From positions 62,001-126,000 of IMG/VR virus record IMGVR_UViG_3300035181_002093: a stretch of DNA of 64,000 bases. One strand, given 5' to 3'. This document shows positions 8,191 to 16,113 of the stretch, one piece after another. Under the pieces are notes generated by a model. That model was not told where the DNA came from. It made no database searches and was given only the letters and a program-made list of their open reading frames with translations. Both the position numbers and the translations under genes were made by a program. Origin of the DNA: an uncultured virus (IMG/VR IMGVR_UViG_3300035181_002093) (Duplodnaviria > Heunggongvirae > Uroviricota > Caudoviricetes). Numbering within the stretch: the stretch's first letter is position 1; each line of letters begins with the position of its first letter.

Positions 8191-11100
8191 ATGCTGCCAA
8201 ATCTACGACCGATACTCGAGGACGCGGCAACGCGGCGCGAGATGATCCGCAAGAAGGTCGTCGAAGGCCTCGAGCAGTCGTTCCCGCTCAAGGCCGGCAA
8301 GCACACGGTCGAGGTATCGAACGTGCGCGTCGACCCGCAGGACTACTCGTCCCGGGACCAGAAGCGTGCCGTGCTCGAAGGCAAGACCTTGTCGGAACGT
8401 GTGCGCGGTGACGTCACCGTCAAGGACGCGGCGGGCGGCGTAGTCAACCACGCCAAGGACTTCACGCTGCTGCAACTGCCGTACTTCACGCCACGGCACA
8501 CCTTCATCCTCGATGGCACGGAGTACTCCGTCTCGAACCAGCTGAGGACGAAGCCAGGCGCGTACGTACGTCGCCGTGGCAACGACGAGCTGGAGGCGAC
8601 GTTCAACCTGTCGAAGGGCGCGAACTTCCGCGTGTCGATGGAGCCCGAGAAGGGTCTCCTCTACATGCAGCCATCGCACACGACCACGAAGATCCCGCTG
8701 CATCCAATCCTCCGCGCGCTTGGGATGCCTCACCAGGACATCGCGGCGAGCTGGGGCCCTGAGATCGCGGGCATGAATCGCGACGCTTGGAAGAACCCGG
8801 ACAAGCACGTCAGCAAGCTCTACGAGACGCTCGTGCATCCGGCCAAGCAGACCGCGACCACGACGGAAGAGAAATCCCGCGTGCTGCGCGAGTACTTCGA
8901 CCAGACCTCGATGGACCCCGAGGTCACGACCCACACGCTCGGCTACCCGTACGACAAGGCGTCGGCGTCTGCAATCCTGGCGGCGTCCAAGAAGCTGCTC
9001 GACGTACACAAGGCAGCCGCCGACGTTGACGATCGGGACTCGCTGGCGTTCAAGACGTTCCACTCGGCGGACGACTTCATCAAGGAACGCGTGCAGCTCG
9101 AGGCTCGGGCGATGCGTGCGAAGCTTGGCTGGAAGCTCGACGCGAGCCACGGGGACCTGAAGAAGGCGTTGCCGGCAGGCCCGTTCACGCGATCGATGCA
9201 CGGGCTCCTGGTGGGGTCATCGCTCTCGGCAGTCCCGATGCAGATCAACCCGATGGAGTTGCTCGACGAAGCGTCACGCGTCACGATGCTCGGCGAGGGT
9301 GCGATCGCGTCCGAGCGCGCCATCCCGCTCGAGGCTCGCGACGTCCATCCGACGCACTTCGGAATCCTTGACCCTGCAAGGACCCCAGAGTGCTACGACG
9401 CCATGACCGAGGTCTTCACGTCACGCGGGTGGAAGCGGTGGCCGGATGTCACTGCGAACGACTGGCTCGCATGTCGTGTCGATGAACGTCTCGAATTCCA
9501 CCGCGCGACCAACCTCACGGCACAGCCGTATGAGGGCCTCATGTATGGCCTAGAGACGGGCAAAATCAATTACCTGGTAACGCCCAACCACCGCGTCTTG
9601 TGTAAGCCGCTCGAAACGCGCGGACTCCAACACTGGCGCATCAACCGAGCGGACGAGGTACACGGCAAACCGCGTACATTCGACACGGGACACCTGCCGT
9701 ACGTTGGGGAGAGTGTTGATACGTTTCAGCTCCCCCGGGCCGCCGGCGGCAACGCGGTAAAGAATGTTGGCCCGATTGCCATGACGGACTGGGCGTCCTT
9801 TATGGGATGGTATCTGTCCGAAGGGTGTTTCAACTTCACCGAAAAAACATTCACGTATCACGTCCTGATCTCACAGGACGTGAAAAAGAATCCACAAAAC
9901 TGCGAGATTATCGAAGCACTGCTCCGGCGTATGCCGTTTGCATGGTCACAACGCGGGGGTGACACGTATGTCATCGGCGTTAAGCAGCTAGCGGCATATG
10001 TGCAGCAGTTCGGGCACGCGGGGGATAAATACATCCCGGAATACTTTTTTCAGGCGTCGTACGAAGTACGAGAGAATCTATTCGAAGCTCTCCTGTTGGG
10101 AGACGGTCGAAGGTGTAAGGTTCCGTTGCCAGGTGCAACACACGACCGAAATGTACTCTGTACTACCAGCGCACGCTTGGCCGTCGATTTTGACCGCCTC
10201 GCGATTTCCCTGGGACGCCCAACACGCACCGCGCGCTACGTCGACAAGCGTGAAGAGCGGTATCTGGACACGTACGAAGTACGTCCGTTGAAACAACGTT
10301 TTCGACAATCGCGGACACGTGAGGAGCAGCGGGGCTACTACACCGAGCACTATCGCGGCAACGTGTACTGCGCTGAAGTCCCCGGGGGACTGTTGTACGT
10401 GCGGCGGAACGGCAGCGTCCCGATTTGGTCGGGCAACTCGTTCAAGGTCGGCGTCGACCTTCGTGCCACGATCGGTGCGCGGCGCGACGACAAGGGCAAC
10501 CTCTACGCGCCGGTCTACGACGTCGCTGCGAAGAAGTCGACGTACCTCAAGGCCGGTGACATGGCGAAGTCGATCATCGCGTTCCCTGGTGAACACCTGG
10601 GACCGGGGAAGATCGTCGATGCGATGGCGCATGGCGTCGTATCGCGCGTGTCGTCGGATCGCGTGACCCACCAACTGGAGCATGTCGCAGACCAGTATGG
10701 GCCCACGTCGAACCTCCTGCCGCTGCTCTACGGCATCCAGGCGAACCGCGTGCTCATGGCGAGCAAGCACCAGGGCCAAGCACTGCCGTTGACGCATCGT
10801 GAGGCGCCGCTCGTCCAGGTTGCATCGTGGAAGCCAGGGACGTCGGTCGAACGGGAGATGGTCAAGCTGATCGTCCCGACCGCACGACAGGCCGGCACGA
10901 TCACGAAGATCGATGACGACTGGATCCACATCGAGCCGGACGCGAAGACGGCCGCGCTCACGACGAAGCTCCACTACGACACCAACCTTCCGCTCGCCGC
11001 CAAGACGATGCTGCACAACACGCTGACCGTGAAGGTCGGCGACCGTGTCGAGAAGGACCAGCTCCTCGCTGACTCGAACTTCACCAAGGACGGCACGCTC

Positions 11101-13599
11101 GCGTTGGGCACGAACCTGCGGGTGGCATACATGCCGTACCGCGGCCTCAACACCAACGACGGCATCGTCGTCTCGCAGGGCGCAGCGGACAAGCTGACGA
11201 GCGAACACATGTACCAGCACGCGCTTTCGCGTGAAGGGGACGTGCAGCTCGGACGTGAGAAGCACCGGACCTACTTCGGCAGCCGCTACACCAAGGACCA
11301 GTACGACAAGCTCGACGAAGACGGCGTTGTCAAGCCGGGGGTCACTCTTCACAAGGGCGACCTGATCGCTGCGGGCATCCGCGAGAACAAGGTGACGGGT
11401 GACGCACTCCTGCTGGGTAAGCTGTCCAAGTCGCTGGTCAAGCCCTACGAAGAAGTGGTCGAGACTTGGACGCACGATCGACCCGGCATTGTCGTAGACG
11501 TGGCGAAGACCGCCCGACAGGCAGCTGCGTCGATCCGCACCCAGGAGACACTGCAGATCGGCGACAAGCTGTGCAACCGCTTTGGCAACAAAGGCGTGAT
11601 CGCGAAGATCATCCCTGACCACCAGATGATCCAGGATGCGCAGGGGCGCCCTGTCGATCTTCTCTTCACGTCGGCGGGTATCGTCTCGCGCATCAACCCA
11701 GCGCAGGTCATCGAGACGGTGCTTGGAAAGGTTGCCGAAAAGACGGGTAAGCCGATCGTCATCCCGCAATACATGCCAGGCCGTGACAACGTCGCCTTCG
11801 CAAAGAAGTTGCTCGAGGAACACGGTCTCTCGGACAAAGAGACGGTCCTTGACCCTATCACGGGCAAGAAGGTTCCCGACGTGTTGGTCGGCAAGAGCTA
11901 CATCCTGAAGCTCTTCAAGACCACAGATTCCAACTGGGCAGCGCACGGCGCCGAGAAGTACGACTACAACCAACAACCGGCGCGTGGTGGTGACGAAGGT
12001 GCCAAGGGCATCGGCAAGATGGAATTCGATGGACTCGTCGCGCACAACGCACGCAACGTGCTGCGTGAAGCGGCGTCCATCAAGAGCCAGCGCAACGACG
12101 AGTTCTGGCGCGCGATCCAACTCGGGCTGCCGACGCCTTCGCCCAAGACGCCATTCGCCTACGACAAGCTGCAGAGCATGCTCACGGGCGCCGGCGTCAA
12201 GGTGACGAAGACCGGCTCACGCTTGGCGCTTGGTCCGCTCACCGACGCGGACGTCAAGTCGATGTCCTCAGGAGCGCTCAAGGACCCGAGCAAGTTGATC
12301 CGCGCGAAGGACCTACGCCCCGAGACCGATGGCCTCTTCGACCCAGGGATCACCGGCGGCATGTCGGGCACGAAGTGGTCGCACGTCGACCTGCACGAGC
12401 CGATCGTCAACCCCGTGTTTGAGGAACCCGTGCGACGCCTTCTCGGACTGACACAGAAGGAGTTCACGGAGCGTGTGGGCAAGGGCGGGAGCTGGTTCAA
12501 GACGGCGCTCGGCGAGATCAACATCGATGACAAGTTGAAGGATCTGCTGGCGCAATCGAAGAAGGCGCGTGGACCCGCACTCGACGGCGTGGTGAAGCAG
12601 ATCAAGTACCTCGAGGCGTTAAAGGACCGCGACCTCAAGCCTGCGGACGCCTACGTCATCTCGAAGGTGCCGGTGACGCCGCCGGTGATTCGTCCGATCC
12701 TGCCGCTCAAGGACGGGCGTCTGCAGGTCAGCGACGCGAACCTGCTCTACAAGGACGCGTTCCTCGCGAACGATCAGCTCAAGTCATCCGCCAAGTCGTT
12801 GCCGTCATCCGAGTTGCCCGGTCCACGGCAACACCTGTACGACGCGGTGAGCGCGCTCTACGGCGTCGGCGACCCTGTGAGCCCTGGCGCCGAGAAGCGC
12901 GGTGCGAAGGGGTACCTCGCGGCCATCACGGGCACGCGACCAGGCAGCGGCTTCTTCCAGTCGCGCCTCATGAAGCGGCAGCAAGACGTGAGCGGTCGCG
13001 CGACCATCGCACCTGACCCAACATTGTCGATGGACGAGATCGGCGTGCCCGAAGGGATGCTCTGGGGCATGTACAGTAAGTTCGTGATCGGACGCTTGGT
13101 CCGACGCGGCTATACAGCGACCGATGCGCAGAAGATGGTGGATGACCGCACGCCCGTCGCGCGGGAAGAGCTGGTCAACGAATCACGTGAACGTCCGGTC
13201 ATGGTGAATCGTGCACCGTCACTTCACCGCTTCAACATCGTGGGTGCATACCCCAAGATTGTTGAGGGCAAGACGCTCAAGCTCAATCCGTTCGCCGAGA
13301 AGGGCATGAATGCGGACTACGACGGCGACGCCCTTCAAATCCATGCCCCGGTGACACCGGGCGGTGTCGAGGACGTCAAGAAGATGACGCTCTCGCACAT
13401 GATCTTCGCCGACAAGCGCCCAGGCGTTCTGAACATCGCGCCCGACATGGAGGCTGTGCTGGGCTTGCACCGTGCGACGCAGGCGGCCAGCGGCAAGAAG
13501 ACGCGGCACTACGACTCCCAGGAGGAGGCGATGGCGGCCTACCACCGGGGCGACATCGCGCTCAACGATCCCATCGAAATCAGGGCCAAGCGCCTATAA
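8191..13599 (+). CDS. rpoB: DNA-directed RNA polymerase: beta subunit fused to N-terminal half of beta', intein-containing
   Basis: Beta motifs RDVHPTHFG, TPE, ANRVLMA...QALPL, GDKLCNRFGNKGVI, SRIN, GIGKME; then in frame beta' motifs DGLFD, DVSGRATI, NRAPSLHR and catalytic NADYDGD. Confidence 0.96.
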   Translation: MLPNLRPILEDAATRREMIRKKVVEGLEQSFPLKAGKHTVEVSNVRVDPQDYSSRDQKRAVLEGKTLSERVRGDVTVKDAAGGVVNHAKDFTLLQLPYFTPRHTFILDGTEYSVSNQLRTKPGAYVRRRGNDELEATFNLSKGANFRVSMEPEKGLLYMQPSHTTTKIPLHPILRALGMPHQDIAASWGPEIAGMNRDAWKNPDKHVSKLYETLVHPAKQTATTTEEKSRVLREYFDQTSMDPEVTTHTLGYPYDKASASAILAASKKLLDVHKAAADVDDRDSLAFKTFHSADDFIKERVQLEARAMRAKLGWKLDASHGDLKKALPAGPFTRSMHGLLVGSSLSAVPMQINPMELLDEASRVTMLGEGAIASERAIPLEARDVHPTHFGILDPARTPECYDAMTEVFTSRGWKRWPDVTANDWLACRVDERLEFHRATNLTAQPYEGLMYGLETGKINYLVTPNHRVLCKPLETRGLQHWRINRADEVHGKPRTFDTGHLPYVGESVDTFQLPRAAGGNAVKNVGPIAMTDWASFMGWYLSEGCFNFTEKTFTYHVLISQDVKKNPQNCEIIEALLRRMPFAWSQRGGDTYVIGVKQLAAYVQQFGHAGDKYIPEYFFQASYEVRENLFEALLLGDGRRCKVPLPGATHDRNVLCTTSARLAVDFDRLAISLGRPTRTARYVDKREERYLDTYEVRPLKQRFRQSRTREEQRGYYTEHYRGNVYCAEVPGGLLYVRRNGSVPIWSGNSFKVGVDLRATIGARRDDKGNLYAPVYDVAAKKSTYLKAGDMAKSIIAFPGEHLGPGKIVDAMAHGVVSRVSSDRVTHQLEHVADQYGPTSNLLPLLYGIQANRVLMASKHQGQALPLTHREAPLVQVASWKPGTSVEREMVKLIVPTARQAGTITKIDDDWIHIEPDAKTAALTTKLHYDTNLPLAAKTMLHNTLTVKVGDRVEKDQLLADSNFTKDGTLALGTNLRVAYMPYRGLNTNDGIVVSQGAADKLTSEHMYQHALSREGDVQLGREKHRTYFGSRYTKDQYDKLDEDGVVKPGVTLHKGDLIAAGIRENKVTGDALLLGKLSKSLVKPYEEVVETWTHDRPGIVVDVAKTARQAAASIRTQETLQIGDKLCNRFGNKGVIAKIIPDHQMIQDAQGRPVDLLFTSAGIVSRINPAQVIETVLGKVAEKTGKPIVIPQYMPGRDNVAFAKKLLEEHGLSDKETVLDPITGKKVPDVLVGKSYILKLFKTTDSNWAAHGAEKYDYNQQPARGGDEGAKGIGKMEFDGLVAHNARNVLREAASIKSQRNDEFWRAIQLGLPTPSPKTPFAYDKLQSMLTGAGVKVTKTGSRLALGPLTDADVKSMSSGALKDPSKLIRAKDLRPETDGLFDPGITGGMSGTKWSHVDLHEPIVNPVFEEPVRRLLGLTQKEFTERVGKGGSWFKTALGEINIDDKLKDLLAQSKKARGPALDGVVKQIKYLEALKDRDLKPADAYVISKVPVTPPVIRPILPLKDGRLQVSDANLLYKDAFLANDQLKSSAKSLPSSELPGPRQHLYDAVSALYGVGDPVSPGAEKRGAKGYLAAITGTRPGSGFFQSRLMKRQQDVSGRATIAPDPTLSMDEIGVPEGMLWGMYSKFVIGRLVRRGYTATDAQKMVDDRTPVAREELVNESRERPVMVNRAPSLHRFNIVGAYPKIVEGKTLKLNPFAEKGMNADYDGDALQIHAPVTPGGVEDVKKMTLSHMIFADKRPGVLNIAPDMEAVLGLHRATQAASGKKTRHYDSQEEAMAAYHRGDIALNDPIEIRAKRL
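9391..10437 (+). mobile_element. Intein (349 aa) with LAGLIDADG endonuclease in RNAP beta
   Basis: TPE|CYDAMTEVFT ... VTPNHR ... FMGWYLSEG ... LLLGDG ... VYCAEV ... WSGN|S; lower GC than exteins. Confidence 0.93.
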
Positions 13600-13600
13600 T
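13595..13600 (+). promoter_or_regulatory. Putative late promoter -10 (CGCCTATAAT)
   Basis: Overlaps the RNAP stop codon, 5 nt before the GTG of the LAGLIDADG gene. Confidence 0.55.
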
Positions 13601-13605
13601 AAAGC

Positions 13606-14154
13606 GTGCCCTTCGAGTCCCCGGCCGCCGCAGCCCACTACCTTGCCGCGATGATCGACGGTGAAGGAACGGTTGCGGTGCTCACCTCTCGATCGCGCAA
13701 TCGCGTGGTCAAGGTTTGCAACACCGACTGGGACATCATCACGGCTACCGTCGAAAGCTGCGAGACTCTCGGCATTCGATGTTGCGTTGTCGAACGGCCA
13801 CGTACAGGCCGTCCAAAACACTGGAAACAAGTTTGGGACGTCGCCATCCAAGATCGCGAAGCCCTCATGCGACTATTGACGCAAGTTCCGCTGCGGTCTC
13901 TTCGAAAACAGCAGCGACTCAAAACTTTGATTCAATCCTACCGAACGTCCAAACGGCCTCCGTTCGAGGATCTCCAACGAATGTACGTCGACGAAAAAAT
14001 GTCGTACACGGACATCATGCGAACGACAGGCGCTCGATCAACGGCAACGGTAGCGTACTGGCCCCGGACGTCAGGGATCGTCGCGCGCACCCGTTCAGTT
14101 GCGGGCCACTTGACGTGGCAGACGAAGCGAGGAGTTCTCCATGCCGTTCCGTAG
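13606..14154 (+). CDS. Free-standing LAGLIDADG homing endonuclease with C-terminal HTH
   Basis: YLAAMIDGEG motif, V.NTD, and LQRMYVDEKMSYTDIMR HTH-like tail. Confidence 0.85.
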   Translation: MPFESPAAAAHYLAAMIDGEGTVAVLTSRSRNRVVKVCNTDWDIITATVESCETLGIRCCVVERPRTGRPKHWKQVWDVAIQDREALMRLLTQVPLRSLRKQQRLKTLIQSYRTSKRPPFEDLQRMYVDEKMSYTDIMRTTGARSTATVAYWPRTSGIVARTRSVAGHLTWQTKRGVLHAVP

Positions 14155-14602
14155 CGAGGCTCAACGTCGCTACCTGTTCTCGCAACACCCGGATGTCGCC
14201 CGCGAGTTTGCGAACGCGACGCCCAAGGGCAAGAAGCTGCCCGAGCATGTCAAGAAGTCGCACGTGCGCGGCATCGCAGACGCGCTCGAGCAGTTCGGTT
14301 TCAAGCAAGCAGCAGAGGAGCTGCGCTTGAAGATCCCAAGCCGCACGTTCCACGGCTACGATGCAGCTCACAAGACGGAAGCGAACCGCGGCTCGAAGAA
14401 GGCGGATGTGGACGGCACCGCAGACAACCTCGCCGACGTGCTCAAGCAGATCGACGTGAACGTGTCGCCTGATGTACAGCTTGCAGCCCGCGATCCACTC
14501 GACCGTACTACTGCGTGGGGATCTCCCTCGAACCTTGCGGGCGGCGACTCGGCGAGCCGGCTCAGTGACATGGGACAGAACACTGCTTTTGGAGGCGTCT
14601 GA
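14141..14602 (+). CDS. Putative virion protein with MPFRSEAQRR N-terminus and shared motif
   Basis: SHVRGIADALEQFGFKQAA; GGAG upstream of the ATG. Confidence 0.7.
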   Translation: MPFRSEAQRRYLFSQHPDVAREFANATPKGKKLPEHVKKSHVRGIADALEQFGFKQAAEELRLKIPSRTFHGYDAAHKTEANRGSKKADVDGTADNLADVLKQIDVNVSPDVQLAARDPLDRTTAWGSPSNLAGGDSASRLSDMGQNTAFGGV

Positions 14603-15327
14603 TGTCACTCATGCCCCGTGAAGAGACGAGAACCTCTGAAAACTCGATCGGCCACATCATCGATCGAGCCACAGGTAAAGCCCCCAAACCTACAGCGGGT
14701 TCCCTCATCGACTCTTTGTTGAGCGGGGGAAAAATGGCGATGCCGATGCAAGGGCAACTGACGCCAGACCAGTTAGCAGTGAACGAAGAACTGAAGGGGC
14801 TCGGGGGACGCCCCAACATGCACGGAGGGATGGACATGCCTGAGTCTTTCCACGGAGACCTCATGTCGACATTCGAACGCCACAACATGCACCGTGCCCC
14901 CCTCGGGAATCCCAAGATGGCCGGGGTTTATCGTGTGGGTGTTGCCGACGCACTCGTGCGTTTCAAGATCGCAGCCCCTGCTCCCCTGCCTGCCCCTGCT
15001 GCGGGTCCTAGCTTCGCGTCCAAGGTCAAGGACTTCGGAGCCGGTCAGTGGGGCGCCGCGAAAGACTTCGCCGCGAATGTACGCGGTGGCATGGGTGGAA
15101 AGGCGAACCCGAACTTCATCACAGGCGCCGTACCCGAGCACAGCATGGACATGGCGCGTGCATCACAACGCGGTGCTGCAGTCGGCAACCTCAAGACCCT
15201 TGCACCGACGCTGCTCGCGGGCGGAGGTCTCTACATGTTGCACCAGCACAACCAGGCCGAGAAAGAGGAAGAGGCCCGGCAGCACGCGATGATGGGCGGC
15301 GGCATGTCGATGGGTGGAGGATACTGA
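14602..15327 (+). CDS. Putative internal virion protein with shared motif and C-terminal hydrophobic helix
   Basis: VYRVGVADALVRFKIAA; LAPTLLAGGGLYML. Confidence 0.65.
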   Translation: MSLMPREETRTSENSIGHIIDRATGKAPKPTAGSLIDSLLSGGKMAMPMQGQLTPDQLAVNEELKGLGGRPNMHGGMDMPESFHGDLMSTFERHNMHRAPLGNPKMAGVYRVGVADALVRFKIAAPAPLPAPAAGPSFASKVKDFGAGQWGAAKDFAANVRGGMGGKANPNFITGAVPEHSMDMARASQRGAAVGNLKTLAPTLLAGGGLYMLHQHNQAEKEEEARQHAMMGGGMSMGGGY

Positions 15328-15328
15328 C

Positions 15329-16108
15329 GTGCCGATGAACCCTCTACTAGCGCGCAGCCTCATGGGCGCGGCGATCGGCACAGCCGGCGGAGCCTTGACC
15401 GCTGAAAAAGGTCATCGTGAAGAAGGTGCGCTGCAAGGCGCAGCGATCGGAGGCGCCGGCGGTGCCCTTTACCACCTTGGTAAGCAGGCACCCACCGCAG
15501 GACCGCGTCCTCCGGGGCCAAGTGCTCCTGGTCCAAGCGCAGGTCCGCGTCCAGCAGGTCCAAGTGCTCCTGGTCCAAGCGCAGGTCCGCGTCCAGCAGG
15601 TCCGTCCTGGGAAGACAGAATGCGACAACAGTGGCGGGCGCAAGATGAGGCCCGTGCGTCCGCATCACGGCAGGCACGACAGAGCGCCAAAGAAGAGGCG
15701 TACAAACACACGCAACAAAGCCAGTCCGCACAAGACGGTTTCAAATACCGTCAACAAGCGGAGGACAAGCACTGGGGTGCGCAGAACGAAGATGTTTTCA
15801 ACAACTGGCGTAAGGCGCGACAGGGCGCTGGTGCGGGTCCAAGTGCTGTTATAGGACAATCAGCTCCACGCGGAGCGCCAAGTGGCGGACTTCCGTCGTG
15901 GATGAGCGGAGCGCAAACACAGGCGGAGGCGAAGAGTCGCTTCAGAGAACAAGCAATGAATATGCATCCAGACCGTGGCGGAAACACGGCCGACATGCAG
16001 TCATTGAATGCACAGTGGGCCGCTGCACGGAAACACCCTGACTTCTCGAGCATGAAAGAAGCGTGGTGGATGGGCAAAGCGGCTGCGTTACAACATTTCG
16101 GTCTCTAA
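15329..16108 (+). CDS. Glycine-zipper protein with C-terminal J-domain (HPD)
   Basis: GAAIGTAGG/GAAIGGAGG zippers; AKSRFREQAMNMHPDRGG..DMQSLNAQW; ends AWWMGKAAALQHFGL. Confidence 0.75.
   Translation: MPMNPLLARSLMGAAIGTAGGALTAEKGHREEGALQGAAIGGAGGALYHLGKQAPTAGPRPPGPSAPGPSAGPRPAGPSAPGPSAGPRPAGPSWEDRMRQQWRAQDEARASASRQARQSAKEEAYKHTQQSQSAQDGFKYRQQAEDKHWGAQNEDVFNNWRKARQGAGAGPSAVIGQSAPRGAPSGGLPSWMSGAQTQAEAKSRFREQAMNMHPDRGGNTADMQSLNAQWAAARKHPDFSSMKEAWWMGKAAALQHFGL
15517..15604. repeat. Coding 42-bp tandem duplication (PSAPGPSAGPRPAG x2)
   Basis: CCAAGTGCTCCTGGTCCAAGCGCAGGTCCGCGTCCAGCAGGT occurs twice in tandem. Confidence 0.9.
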
Positions 16109-16113
16109 CCAAC

